From Nitrospiraceae bacterium (GTDB lineage: Bacteria > Nitrospirota > Nitrospiria > Nitrospirales > Nitrospiraceae): a DNA stretch of 64,000 bases. The position numbers were made by a program, and so were the translations under genes. Each line of letters starts with the position of its first letter. Within the stretch, counting starts at the first letter, position 1. Below the pieces are notes generated by a model. That model saw nothing but the letters and a program-made list of their open reading frames with translations. It was not told the DNA's origin and made no database searches. This document shows, piece after piece, positions 47,802 to 60,486 of the stretch. The DNA lies in assembly GCA_050246315.1 (NCBI GenBank), contig JBFWWG010000016.1, positions 18,193-82,192 of the forward strand, given 5' to 3'.

Positions 47802-48629
47802 ATGCCGGAACTTCCAGAGGCAGAGGTGGTGGCCAGACACATCCGCGATCGATTGATTGGAGCGCGACTGGCTGACTATCGAGTGTTGCGCGACGACATC
47901 GTCCGGGAAGGACTGGACAGTTTTCCTCTGTACCTGGGTGCCACACTGGAGTCGGTCGAGCGATGGGGAAAAAGCGTCGTGCTGGCCTTTTCCCGGAAGA
48001 ACGAGATCAGATACCTGGTGGCCGAATTGGGGATGACCGGTCTCCTTCTGTTCGAGGAGGCAGTGCGCTCCAGAACCAGGCATATCCACGTGCGGCTTGG
48101 TTTCCGAGGAGGGCGCGAGCCGAACCTGTACTACTGGAACGCACGGCGATTCGGGCGGCTCTACCTGCTCGATCGTGCCGGTTTGCGGCGATATACGAGC
48201 CGCCGATTCGGTTGCGATCCCCTCGCCGTCGACTGGGAGTCCTTTTGGCAGATCCTGCGTGGCCGTCGCGGCCGCCTCAAGGCGCTGCTGATGCATCAGC
48301 AGGTGATCGCCGGAATCGGCAATATTTATGCGAACGAGATCCTCTTCGCTGCGAAGCTTCACCCCTATCGACGCGCAAATCAACTGCCGAAAGCGCGGGC
48401 GCAACTACTTTATGAAGCGATGCAAGCGATACTCGGAGCGGCGATTGCCCAAGGGGGTTCCAGCATAAGGGATTTTGTGACTCCGGATGGGAAGCCCGGG
48501 TGCTACAGACAAGACCATCGTGTATACGATCGGGAGGGGCAACCTTGTCTACGGGCCTGCGGAGGATCGATTCGGACCAGAAAAGGCGAACGCACCTCTT
48601 TCTATTGTCCCGTGTGTCAGCGGTGGTAG
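47802..48629 (+). CDS. mutM: Formamidopyrimidine-DNA glycosylase
   Basis: MPELPE, LGMTG, RRFG, GIGNIYANE, C-terminal Zn finger (CPVCQ). Confidence 0.93.
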   Translation: MPELPEAEVVARHIRDRLIGARLADYRVLRDDIVREGLDSFPLYLGATLESVERWGKSVVLAFSRKNEIRYLVAELGMTGLLLFEEAVRSRTRHIHVRLGFRGGREPNLYYWNARRFGRLYLLDRAGLRRYTSRRFGCDPLAVDWESFWQILRGRRGRLKALLMHQQVIAGIGNIYANEILFAAKLHPYRRANQLPKARAQLLYEAMQAILGAAIAQGGSSIRDFVTPDGKPGCYRQDHRVYDREGQPCLRACGGSIRTRKGERTSFYCPVCQRW

Positions 48630-48848
48630 GGAGCGCGGAGGCGCTGGCGCTTCCTGAAGTCTAATGCTCCTAAAATCAATTGGTTATGATTCTTGTCGGG
48701 ATGGAAATTCCTATTTCCGTCCTTCGTTAGGACTTCTGCTCAAAATCGTTAGGCCCTTTGGGGCCTTGAGGTCCTTGTCAGAATCCGCTAGTCTTTCGCT
48801 CCCTTAATCGCATCGTTTCCCTGAATCCACCAGAAGGAGTGCGCTGCC

Positions 48849-50048
48849 ATGGCCAAGGTGCTGGAAGGTCCCGGGATGGGACTGATGAAGAAATGGGGCA
48901 TCACCGTTCCAAATTATCTCGTTGTGTCGTCGGTCGAGGAGTTGAGGAAGCTGGCGGCGGCAAACGACTGGCTCAAGCAGTCCAAGTTGGTGGTGAAGGC
49001 ACACGAGGCGCTCGGTTCACGATTTAAGCTCGGTCTTGTCAAAGTTGGGCTCGACCACAAGGGCGCCGAAGCCGCGGCGAAAGAGATGTTGGGACGACAG
49101 GTCGGCTCCATTACGGTGTCGCAGGTCATTATCTCGGAGATGGTGCCGCACAAGGAAGAATACTATTGCGCCGTCAAATCGACGCGGGAGGGCACCGAGA
49201 TCATGGTCGCCAACTGCGGCGGGATTGAAGTCGAGGCCAACTGGGACCGCGTCAGGAAGCTGCCGGTCGAGGTGGGGGCCGCGCCGACCGGCGAGCAGCT
49301 CGAAAAGTTGGCGAAGGACGCGGGATTCACCGGGAAGCTGGTCGCGCAGATGGCGGATTTTGCCGGCAAGATGTTCGCGTGTTACGACAATGAAGACGCG
49401 CAATACCTGGAGGTCAATCCGGTTGTGGCACGGGAAGCGGATGGGCAATTGGTGGCGCTCGATGCGGTGACGCTGCTCGACGGTGATGCCAAGTTCCGCC
49501 ACCCCGACTGGAATTTCCCCTTTGCCGCGGAGTTCGGCCGCGCCTATACCAAGAGCGAGTCCGAAGTGCAGGCGGTCGATGCCAAGATCAAAGGGTCGGT
49601 GAAACTCATCGAAATTCCGGGTGGGCAGATCGCCATGTTGCCGGCTGGCGGTGGCGCCAGTGTGTACTATTGCGACGCCGTCGTGGCACGCGGCGGAAAG
49701 CTGGCCAACTATGCCGAGTATTCCGGTGATCCGCCCGATTGGGCCGTGGAAGTGCTGACCGATAAGGTCTGTTCGCTGCCCAACATCAAGCACATCATCG
49801 TCGGCGGTGCCATCGCCAACTTTACGGACGTGAAAAAGACGTTCGGCGGCATCATCGCAGGTTTCCGGAAGGCTAAATCGGAAGGGAAGTTGAACGGCGT
49901 CACGATTTGGGTGCGGCGGGGCGGCCCACGAGAGAAAGAGGGGCTCGAGGCAATGCGCATGCTCAAGGATGAGGGGTTTGATATCCACGTGTTCGACCGC
50001 AATACGCCGCTAACCGACATCGTCGACAAAGCACTCCAAGCCAACTAA
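48849..50048 (+). CDS. aclB: ATP citrate lyase beta subunit
   Basis: ATP-grasp fold; AGGGASV, NYAEYSG.P, GGAIANFTDV, VRRGGP. Confidence 0.93.
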   Translation: MAKVLEGPGMGLMKKWGITVPNYLVVSSVEELRKLAAANDWLKQSKLVVKAHEALGSRFKLGLVKVGLDHKGAEAAAKEMLGRQVGSITVSQVIISEMVPHKEEYYCAVKSTREGTEIMVANCGGIEVEANWDRVRKLPVEVGAAPTGEQLEKLAKDAGFTGKLVAQMADFAGKMFACYDNEDAQYLEVNPVVAREADGQLVALDAVTLLDGDAKFRHPDWNFPFAAEFGRAYTKSESEVQAVDAKIKGSVKLIEIPGGQIAMLPAGGGASVYYCDAVVARGGKLANYAEYSGDPPDWAVEVLTDKVCSLPNIKHIIVGGAIANFTDVKKTFGGIIAGFRKAKSEGKLNGVTIWVRRGGPREKEGLEAMRMLKDEGFDIHVFDRNTPLTDIVDKALQAN

Positions 50049-50082
50049 GCCGCGTGATGGGAACGACGGAGAGGGGAGCCCG

Positions 50083-51909
50083 ATGAGTATTGTTGCCAAT
50101 AAAGACACCTATGTCGTCATCCAAGGCGGCGCAGCGGGCGTGAACGCAGCGCGACGGATGGCCGAGTTTTGTTATCTGGTCAAGCGCCCGTTGAATGTGC
50201 TTGCCTTCGTCTATCCACCCGATGCCGGCAAGACCAACGAGATTCCGTACGGCGGGAGCCTGATGCAGATTCCCGTCTACAAAAGCATTGCCGACGCGAC
50301 CGCGCAGCATCCCGAAATCAACACCAGTCTGGTCTACATCGGTGCGGATCGCGCCTGTGCGGGTGGCCTGGAAGCCCTGAACGACCCCAAGATCCAGGTC
50401 GTGTCGATGATCACCGAGGGCGTACCGGAAAAAGACGCCAAGCTGCTCAGCCGGCATGCCATCAAGTTGGGGAAGACCTTCAACGGTCCATCCTCGATCG
50501 GGGTGATCTCCGCCGGTTCCTGCAGGCTCGGCGTCATCGGCGGCGCCTACGACAACCTGGTCGCCTGCAAGGTGTACCGTGAGGGCTCGTTCGGCGTGAT
50601 CACCAAGTCGGGCGGCTTGTCCAACGAGATTATTTGGCTGTGCTCGCAGTTTGCGGACGGCATTACCACGGCCATCGGCATCGGCGGCGATGCCTATCCC
50701 GGGACCGATTATGTGAGCTACCTCGAAAAATTCGAACAGGATCCGCAGACAAAGGCGGTGGTCATCGTCGGTGAGATGGGCGGCGACCTCGAAGAGCGGG
50801 CAGCCGAATGGTATGGAGCTAAGAAGCGCCGGATCAAGCTCATCGGCGTGGTGTCCGGCTTCTGCCAGGAAAGCCTGCCGAAAGGGATGAAGTTCGGCCA
50901 TGCCGGTGCCAAGGAGGGCATGAAGGGAGAAGGGTCCGCCCGTTCCAAATCAGACGCGCTCAAGAAAGCCGGGGCGATCGTCCCCCCGACGTTTGGAGCA
51001 CTGGGCCCGGCCATCAAGCAGACCTACGAGGACTTGGTGAAGGGTGGACAGATCATCCCTGTGGCGGAGGTACGGCCCGAGGACGTGCCGAAACTTCCGC
51101 GGAGCGTCGATGAGGCCATGAAGGCCGGAGATGTACAGATCGTGCCGCTGATCAAGACGACCATCAGCGACGACCGGGGCGACGAACCCTGTTATGACGG
51201 CTATCCCGCCTCCGAGCTCATCAACAAGGGCTACGACATCCCCCACGTGATCGGGTTGCTCTGGGACAAGCGGTTGATCTCCAAGCAGGAAGGGGAGATT
51301 ATCAAACGGATCATGATGCTCTCGGCCGACCACGGCCCCTGCGTCAGCGGCGCGCTGACCACGATCATCGCCTCCTGTGCCGGGATCGGGATGTCGCAGG
51401 CCGTGGCGGCAGGATTGATCATGATCGGCCCACGGTTCGGAGGGGCCGTCACCGACGCCGGACGCTATTTCAAACATGCTGTCGAGAACAAAATGTCGGT
51501 GGACGAGTTTCTCGCTTACATGAAGAAGAACGTCGGGCCGGTGCCGGGCATCGGTCACCGGGTGAAGAGTCTTCGCAACCCGGATAAGCGTGTCAAGGAA
51601 CTGGTCGGGTACGTGAAAAGCTTGGGCATCAAGACGCCGCACCTCGACTTTGCACTTGCGGTCGAAAAGGTGACGGCGGCCAAGAAAGACAACCTGATTC
51701 TGAACGTAGACGGCACCATGGCCGCGGTGCTCGTTGATATCGGGTTCCCGGTCGATAGTTTGAACGGCTTCTTCATTCTGTCACGGACCATCGGGTTGAT
51801 CGGTCATTGGACCGACCAGAAGCGGCAGGAGAGCCGGCTGATCCGCCTCTTCGATTACTTGGTGAATTATGCCGCGCCGAAGCGGCGCGAAGTGCCGCCA
51901 TTGAAGTAG
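50083..51909 (+). CDS. aclA: ATP citrate lyase alpha subunit
   Basis: KSGGLSNE, FGHAGA, ADHGPCVSGA, PGIGHRVKS, ILNVDG. Confidence 0.95.
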   Translation: MSIVANKDTYVVIQGGAAGVNAARRMAEFCYLVKRPLNVLAFVYPPDAGKTNEIPYGGSLMQIPVYKSIADATAQHPEINTSLVYIGADRACAGGLEALNDPKIQVVSMITEGVPEKDAKLLSRHAIKLGKTFNGPSSIGVISAGSCRLGVIGGAYDNLVACKVYREGSFGVITKSGGLSNEIIWLCSQFADGITTAIGIGGDAYPGTDYVSYLEKFEQDPQTKAVVIVGEMGGDLEERAAEWYGAKKRRIKLIGVVSGFCQESLPKGMKFGHAGAKEGMKGEGSARSKSDALKKAGAIVPPTFGALGPAIKQTYEDLVKGGQIIPVAEVRPEDVPKLPRSVDEAMKAGDVQIVPLIKTTISDDRGDEPCYDGYPASELINKGYDIPHVIGLLWDKRLISKQEGEIIKRIMMLSADHGPCVSGALTTIIASCAGIGMSQAVAAGLIMIGPRFGGAVTDAGRYFKHAVENKMSVDEFLAYMKKNVGPVPGIGHRVKSLRNPDKRVKELVGYVKSLGIKTPHLDFALAVEKVTAAKKDNLILNVDGTMAAVLVDIGFPVDSLNGFFILSRTIGLIGHWTDQKRQESRLIRLFDYLVNYAAPKRREVPPLK

Positions 51910-51936
51910 TCGCGGGAAATACCACCGCTGAAATAG

Positions 51937-52022
51937 CCGTCAATCGTCATGCGTCCTTCGTTGAGATGCTGACGGCAGTGCCATCTTCACGGTTGACGAT
52001 TGACGGATGACGTTTGACGAAT
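51937..52022. repeat. Inverted heptamer repeat (CGTCAxx / TGACGxx)
   Basis: CCGTCAATCGTCATGCGTC ... TTGACGATTGACGGATGACGTTTGACGAA. Confidence 0.7.
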
Positions 52023-52037
52023 GTAAGGAGAGAAGCC

Positions 52038-54284
52038 ATGTCGATAGATCTTGCCAAGAATCTCTATGCGAAGATGCCGGAGGTGTTCGCCAAGGCCAGA
52101 AAGAAATTCGGCCGCGGCCTGACGTTGGCCGAAAAGGTGTTGGTTTCCCACGCGGACAACTTCGAGACGCAGACGTGGGAGCGTGGCAAGGCGATGTTGT
52201 CGCTCCGTCCCGATCGCGTCGCGATGCAGGACGCGACGGCCCAGATGGCCATGTTGCAGTTCATGCAGGCCGGCAAGAAGAAAGCGGCCGTGCCCAGCAC
52301 CATCCATTGCGACCACCTGATCAGAGCCGAAATGGGGTCTGAGAAGGATCTTCTGCGCGCCATGGACGAGAACAAGGAAGTCTATAACTTCCTTGCCTCC
52401 GCCGCGAAGAAGTACGGAATCGGGTTTTGGAAGCCCGGCGCGGGCATCATTCACCAGGTTGTGCTGGAGAACTATGCCTTCCCCGGCGGCCTGATCATCG
52501 GGACCGACTCGCATACGCCCAATGGCGGCGGGCTCGGCATGTTGGCGATCGGCGTCGGCGGAGCGGATGCTGGCGAAGTCATGGCGGGCCTTCCCTGGGA
52601 GGTGCTCCACCCGAAATTGATTGGGGTCCGGCTCACCGGTAAGCTCGGTGGTTGGGCCTCGGCGAAGGATGTGATCCTCTATCTCTGCGGCCTGCTGACG
52701 GTGAAAGGCGGGACCAATAAGATCGTCGAGTATTTCGGTCCCGGTGCGGACACGATCAGCGCGACCGGCAAGGGCACCATTTGCAACATGGGCGCGGAGC
52801 TTGGCGCGACGACCTCCGTGTTCCCCTTCGACCAGAAGATGGTCGCTTACATGAACATCACAGACCGGGCGGAGTTGGCTAACCTGGCGTTGGCGCATAA
52901 GGATCTCCTCGTGGCCGATCCAGAGGCCTATCAATCGCCGGAAAAGTATTACGATCAAATTGTCGAGGTCGATTTGTCCACGCTCGAACCGCACGTGGTC
53001 GGACCCCATACGCCGGATCTCGCCAGGCCGGTTTCAAAATTGGCGGCGGAAGCGAAGGAAAAGGGCTATCCGGTCGAGCTCAAGGCGGCGCTCATCGGGA
53101 GTTGTACGAACTCGTCGTATGAGGACATCAGTCGGTCTGCGCACATCGCCCAGCAGGGGTTGAAAGCGGGATTGAAGGCGAAGACGGCGTTCCTGGTTTC
53201 TCCTGGCTCGGAGCGGATCTACCATACGATGAAGCGGGACGGATTCCTGGACACGTTCGAGAAACTCGGCGGCACGGTTCTTTCGAATTCCTGTGGTCCC
53301 TGTATCGGGCAGTGGAAACGGGCCGACGGGGTCAAAGGCAGGGCGGATTCCATCGTCAGTTCCTTTAACCGCAATTTCCCGGGCCGCAACGACGGCATCA
53401 ACGAGACCCTGTCCTTCCTGGCCAGTCCGGAAGTCGTGACCGCCTACGCGCTGACGGGAGACCTCGGGTTCGATCCCGTGAACCAGACGCTAAAAGGAGC
53501 CGACGGGAAGGCATTCAAGCTGGAGCCGCCGAAAGGCGAAGAACTGCCGGCCAAGGGCTTTGCCAAGGGAGAAGAGGGCTTCGTGGCTCCGGCGGACAAC
53601 GGCGAAGGGTTGACGGTCGAAATTCCGCCGACCAGCGAGCGACTCCAATTGTTGCAGCCGTTCCCCCGCTGGGATGGAAAGGACTTCGAACAGCTCCCGC
53701 TCCTGATCAAGACCAAGGGCAAGACCACGACCGACCATATTTCTCCAGCCGGTCCGTGGCTCAAATTCCGCGGCCATTTGGACAAGATCAGCGACAACAT
53801 GTTCCTCGGAGCCAACAACGCCTTCTCGACCGAGCCTGGTAAGGGAACGGATGTCTTGACCGGAGAAGCCGGATTGACGATCGCTCAGGTTGCCCGCCGG
53901 TACAAGGCCAAGGGCATCGGCTCCTTTGTCGTGGGCGACGAGAACTACGGGGAAGGCAGCAGCCGTGAGCATGCCGCCATGTCGCCTCGATTCTTGAACG
54001 TGCGCGCAGTCATCACCAAGAGCTTTGCGCGCATCCATGAAACCAACTTGAAAAAGCAGGGGATCTTGGCGTTGACCTTCTCTGATCCGAAGGACTACGA
54101 GAAGATCGAGCAGCAGGACCGCATCAGCGTGACGGGGCTACAAAGTCTGGCGCCTGGCAAGCCGGTGGTGGTGACCATACACAAGACGGATGGGCGTACG
54201 CTCACCATCCAGGCGAACCACAGCATGACGGAACAGCAGCTTGCGTGGTTCAAGGCTGGTTCGGCGTTGAATGCGCTGAACTGA
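52038..54284 (+). CDS. acnA: Aconitate hydratase
   Basis: QDATAQM, HCDHLI, GTDSHT, IGSCTNSS, CGPCIG, GEGSSREHAA. Confidence 0.95.
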   Translation: MSIDLAKNLYAKMPEVFAKARKKFGRGLTLAEKVLVSHADNFETQTWERGKAMLSLRPDRVAMQDATAQMAMLQFMQAGKKKAAVPSTIHCDHLIRAEMGSEKDLLRAMDENKEVYNFLASAAKKYGIGFWKPGAGIIHQVVLENYAFPGGLIIGTDSHTPNGGGLGMLAIGVGGADAGEVMAGLPWEVLHPKLIGVRLTGKLGGWASAKDVILYLCGLLTVKGGTNKIVEYFGPGADTISATGKGTICNMGAELGATTSVFPFDQKMVAYMNITDRAELANLALAHKDLLVADPEAYQSPEKYYDQIVEVDLSTLEPHVVGPHTPDLARPVSKLAAEAKEKGYPVELKAALIGSCTNSSYEDISRSAHIAQQGLKAGLKAKTAFLVSPGSERIYHTMKRDGFLDTFEKLGGTVLSNSCGPCIGQWKRADGVKGRADSIVSSFNRNFPGRNDGINETLSFLASPEVVTAYALTGDLGFDPVNQTLKGADGKAFKLEPPKGEELPAKGFAKGEEGFVAPADNGEGLTVEIPPTSERLQLLQPFPRWDGKDFEQLPLLIKTKGKTTTDHISPAGPWLKFRGHLDKISDNMFLGANNAFSTEPGKGTDVLTGEAGLTIAQVARRYKAKGIGSFVVGDENYGEGSSREHAAMSPRFLNVRAVITKSFARIHETNLKKQGILALTFSDPKDYEKIEQQDRISVTGLQSLAPGKPVVVTIHKTDGRTLTIQANHSMTEQQLAWFKAGSALNALN

Positions 54285-56540
<2,256 letters not shown>

Positions 56541-56645
56541 GGGACGGCCGGCATCCTTGGTCCGGAGAAGCAAATAGAAAAGACGACCTGGCGGACGGGA
56601 CCCATCCCGGCCGCCAGGGGAGAGGTTTCACCTACAGGGCGAACC

Positions 56646-57365
56646 ATGACCACCGAATCGTTCGATACCCAGAACGTCATCGATCAGGAAGAGGTGCTGC
56701 GCCCGCGTATGGTCACGGTGGAGATCGCGGGGAAACGGTATGAAGTGCCGGAGGGGATCACGGTGATCAAGGCGCTCTGGTACGCCGGTCAAGACGTGGT
56801 TCGGGGCGTCGGTTGCCTCGGCGGATTCTGTGGCGCCTGTGCCACCTATTATCGAGTGAAGGATGATCCCAAAGTGAAAACCTGCCTGGCCTGCCAGACG
56901 GCGGTTCAAGACGGCATGTCCTTCACGATGATGCCACCCTTTCCGGCTCGAAAAGCCGTCTATCAGATTCAAGAGTTGAAAGACCCCAAGCAGGATCTGT
57001 TCGATCTCTATCCGGAGGCTCCGCTCTGCCGGAATTGCAACGCCTGCACGGAGGCCTGCCCACAGAAAATCAACGTGCGGGAAGGGGTCTGGAAGGCGGC
57101 ATTCGGCGACTTTAAAGGGGTTGCCGACATGTTTATGGATTGCGTCATGTGCGGGCTCTGCGCGCCGGTCTGTATCGCGGACATTGCGCCGAATCTCGTG
57201 GCCCTCTATGCCAGCCGGGTGCAAGGGGCCCATTTCACCGATAAACCGCAAGGGCTGGCGCATCGCATCCAAGAAATCAAAGAAGGTCAGTACGATGACG
57301 AGTGGAACCGCGTCCTTGCGATGGGCCAGAAAGAATTGACCGAGCTCTGTGCGACTCTGAAGTGA
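56646..57365 (+). CDS. Fumarate reductase/succinate dehydrogenase Fe-S subunit
   Basis: GCLGGFCGAC...CLAC [2Fe-2S] plus CRNCNACTEACP and CVMCGLCAPVC. Confidence 0.85.
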   Translation: MTTESFDTQNVIDQEEVLRPRMVTVEIAGKRYEVPEGITVIKALWYAGQDVVRGVGCLGGFCGACATYYRVKDDPKVKTCLACQTAVQDGMSFTMMPPFPARKAVYQIQELKDPKQDLFDLYPEAPLCRNCNACTEACPQKINVREGVWKAAFGDFKGVADMFMDCVMCGLCAPVCIADIAPNLVALYASRVQGAHFTDKPQGLAHRIQEIKEGQYDDEWNRVLAMGQKELTELCATLK

Positions 57366-57471
57366 CGGCATCATTCGTGTCCCATCACTTACTCAGGATC
57401 GAGCGAGGGCCTGCCTTGACGAGTGTGGGTTCGTGACACACGACCATTGACGATTGGCGGCGGCTGACATC

Positions 57472-59058
57472 ATGGACATTCACCTCTTACAACAGATCGT
57501 GCATAAGACGAGGGACGCTCGTCGTAAGCAATCTCTCCCCAAACTGTCGCTGGCCGAGCGCGATACCCTCATTAAGAAGTATCATCCTGATTTTCGTGAA
57601 CATGCCTACCGGACGATTCGATTCGGACCGAACGCCGGTGACAAGACCGTCATCGAACTGGCCGCCTTGCTCGAAGGGATGAGCCAGGTGCCCGATGATG
57701 TGGACCTGACGCCTTCTTATACGACCGACGTGCTGGTGATCGGCGGAGGCGGAGCCGGTTGTGCGGCCGCCCTGCACGCGCATGCGGCCGGGGCCAAGGT
57801 GATTCTGGCGACGAAGCTGCGCCTTGGGGATTCAAACAGTGTCATGGCCCAGGGCGGCATGCAGATTTCCGTGGCTCCTGAAGACTCGCCCGTGACGCAT
57901 TTCCTCGACACCCTCAAGGGCGGATTGATGCAGAACGACCATCAATTACTCAAGGTGATGGTCGAAGAGGGGCCCGCCATCGCCGACTGGCTGATCAAGC
58001 TGGGTGTGTTGTTCGACCGGGACCACGGCGGGAACCTGCACGTCAAAAAGGGCGGCGGCAGCTCCAAGCCGCGGCTGGTGACCTGCTCGGACTACACCGG
58101 GCTCGAAATCATGCGGGTGCTCAAGGACGAGGTGCTGAATCAGCAGGTTCAGTTGCTGGAGTTTTGTGCCGCGGTCGAACTGCTGAGCGACGATCAGGGG
58201 CGTTGCACGGGGGCGGTGTTCAAAGACCTCGACAACGGGCGGTTCGTCGTGGTGTCGGCCAAAACGGTGATTCTTGCCACCGGCGGCATTGGGCGATTGC
58301 ACATCCAAGGGTTTCCGACGAGCAATCATTTTGGTGCGACAGGGGACGGCTTATGCCTGGCCTACCGGATGGGCGCGAAGCTCGTTCATATCGACACCTT
58401 CCAGTACCATCCGTCCGGCGCGGTCTATCCCGAGCAGCTCATCGGTGCGCTGGTCACGGAAGGGATTCGCTCGGAGGGCGGCCAGCTCGTCAATGCCAAG
58501 GGCGACCGCTTCGTCAACGAACTCGACACGCGCGATGTCGTCTCTTCTTCGATCATCAGGGAATGTGAAGAGGGGCGGGGCATCAGGACGATGGCCGGCC
58601 GCGTCGGCGTGTGGCTCGACACGCCGCTGTTGGATGTCGAGCACGGTCCCGGTACGGTGCAGAAGCATTTTCCTGCCATGGTCAGGCAGTTCGAACGGTT
58701 CGGGATCGACATCAGCAAGGACCCCGTGTTGATCTATCCGACGCTCCACTATCAGAACGGGGGCGTGAAGATCGATACCAACGCCGAAACAGGGATTGCC
58801 AATCTCTTCGTGGCCGGCGAGGCTTCCGGCGGCCTGCATGGACGCAACCGTCTGATGGGGAATTCATTGCTTGATTTGATGGTTTTCGGCAAACGATCGG
58901 GGCTGACTGCGGCCTCCCGTGCACAGTCCCTGTCGCACGGCAAGCTGACCTTGCAGCATGTGCGGCGCTTCCGCGAGGAGGCGAAGAGGCATGGGGTCTC
59001 GTCGAGCGAGGTGGTCTCTCCGATGATCTTGCCCGCTTATACGAGGAAGGTCTCGTAG
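57472..59058 (+). CDS. Fumarate reductase/succinate dehydrogenase flavoprotein
   Basis: GGGGAG, AQGG, FQYHP, TEGIRSEGG, TRDVVS, LHYQNGG, GLHGRNRLMGNSL. Confidence 0.88.
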   Translation: MDIHLLQQIVHKTRDARRKQSLPKLSLAERDTLIKKYHPDFREHAYRTIRFGPNAGDKTVIELAALLEGMSQVPDDVDLTPSYTTDVLVIGGGGAGCAAALHAHAAGAKVILATKLRLGDSNSVMAQGGMQISVAPEDSPVTHFLDTLKGGLMQNDHQLLKVMVEEGPAIADWLIKLGVLFDRDHGGNLHVKKGGGSSKPRLVTCSDYTGLEIMRVLKDEVLNQQVQLLEFCAAVELLSDDQGRCTGAVFKDLDNGRFVVVSAKTVILATGGIGRLHIQGFPTSNHFGATGDGLCLAYRMGAKLVHIDTFQYHPSGAVYPEQLIGALVTEGIRSEGGQLVNAKGDRFVNELDTRDVVSSSIIRECEEGRGIRTMAGRVGVWLDTPLLDVEHGPGTVQKHFPAMVRQFERFGIDISKDPVLIYPTLHYQNGGVKIDTNAETGIANLFVAGEASGGLHGRNRLMGNSLLDLMVFGKRSGLTAASRAQSLSHGKLTLQHVRRFREEAKRHGVSSSEVVSPMILPAYTRKVS

Positions 59059-59097
59059 CTGTCTTTCACCGGGTGCTATTTCTTCGAAGGGGTCCGC

Positions 59098-60276
59098 ATG
59101 AACGTTCATGAGTTTCAAGCCAAGCAGTTGTTCGCGCAGTTCGGGGTACCGGTTCTGCGCGGCAAGGAAGTCAAAACACCGAAGGCCGCGAGCCAGTGGG
59201 CCGCCAAGCTCAACACGCCGGTCTTCGTCGTGAAGGCGCAAATCCACGCCGGCGGGAGAGGGAAGGCGGGCGGCGTCAAGCTCGTGAAGGAGCAGAGTCA
59301 GGTGCCCGAGATCGCGAAAGAGCTTTTGGGCAAGGTCTTGGTTACCCACCAGACCGGCCCGAAGGGCCGCAAGGTCAGGCGGTTGCTGGTCGAAGAGGGT
59401 GCCAATATCGCCAAGGAACTCTATCTCAGTTTGCTGGTCGATCGCGACACGGGTTGGGTGGTCTTCATCGCCAGCACCGAAGGCGGGATGGAGATCGAGG
59501 AAGTGGCGGCACACACTCCCGAGAAAATCATCAAGGAGGCGATCGATCCGGCTGTCGGCTATCAGGGATACAACGGCCGCAACATCGCTTTTGCGCTGGG
59601 ATTGAACCAGGTCGAGCCCGCCGTGATCAATCCTTTCGTCCAGATGTTGGGGAATCTCTATCGCCTCTTCATGGAAAAGAATTGCGCTCTGGTGGAGATC
59701 AACCCGCTGGTCATCACGAAGGAAAAGACGCTGATCGCTCTCGACGGCAAGGTGTCGTTCGACGACAACGGTCTCTTCAAGCATACGGACGTGCAAAAGA
59801 TGCGCGATCTGAATGAGGAGGAGCCGTTGGAGATTGAAGCCGGCAAGAACAACCTGAACTACGTCAAATTGGACGGCAATATCGGCTGCATGGTGAACGG
59901 CGCCGGGTTGGCCATGGCGACGATGGATGTCATCAAGCTGGCTGGTAGCGAACCCGCGAATTTCTTGGATGTCGGCGGCGGGGCCACAAAGGAAACGGTG
60001 GCGGCAGGGTTCCGCATCCTGCTCAAGGACAAGAACGTGAAGGGCATCTTCATCAACATCTTTGGCGGCATCGTCCGTTGCGAGCGAATCGCGCATGGGG
60101 TGATCGAAGCGGCCAAAGAGGTCAAGCTCAAGGTGCCGTTGGTAGTCAGGCTCCAAGGCACGAATGCGGAAGAAGGGCGGACGCTGCTCCAGCAGTCGGG
60201 GTTGAAACTGGACGTGGCCGATGATTTGTGGGAAGCGGCACAGAAGATTGTGGGGATGACGGGGAAAGCGGCGTAG
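59098..60276 (+). CDS. sucC: Succinyl-CoA synthetase beta subunit
   Basis: MNVHEFQAK, GGRGKAGGV, NGAGLAMATMD, NIFGGI. Confidence 0.97.
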   Translation: MNVHEFQAKQLFAQFGVPVLRGKEVKTPKAASQWAAKLNTPVFVVKAQIHAGGRGKAGGVKLVKEQSQVPEIAKELLGKVLVTHQTGPKGRKVRRLLVEEGANIAKELYLSLLVDRDTGWVVFIASTEGGMEIEEVAAHTPEKIIKEAIDPAVGYQGYNGRNIAFALGLNQVEPAVINPFVQMLGNLYRLFMEKNCALVEINPLVITKEKTLIALDGKVSFDDNGLFKHTDVQKMRDLNEEEPLEIEAGKNNLNYVKLDGNIGCMVNGAGLAMATMDVIKLAGSEPANFLDVGGGATKETVAAGFRILLKDKNVKGIFINIFGGIVRCERIAHGVIEAAKEVKLKVPLVVRLQGTNAEEGRTLLQQSGLKLDVADDLWEAAQKIVGMTGKAA

Positions 60277-60292
60277 GGGACGGCGCCGGTGG

Positions 60293-60393
60293 CGAGCGTG
60301 GCGGTCGGTCTGCCTTCTGTGCTCGCAGAACCCGCACGCCTGAGAAGAGTGCTCGTTCGATGCGCAGTTGAAGGCAGACCGAGCCGCCGCTCG
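60293..60393. repeat. Long imperfect intergenic hairpin
   Basis: CGAGCGTGGCGGTCGGTCTGCCTTC ... GAAGGCAGACCGAGCCGCCGCTCG. Confidence 0.7.
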
Positions 60394-60486
60394 AAGAGGT
60401 GAAACGATTGGGCCCAGCTCGCCCAGCATACTTATAAGAGAGGATTTACCCTCGCCCCTTGGGGAGAGGGTAGGGTGAGGGGGATA

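Noticed and set aside
36735..48795. Shared TGTCAGAAT 9-mer upstream of forB and aclB as an rTCA regulator site
   Set aside because: It is short, non-palindromic and seen only twice at different relative positions; this is insufficient evidence.
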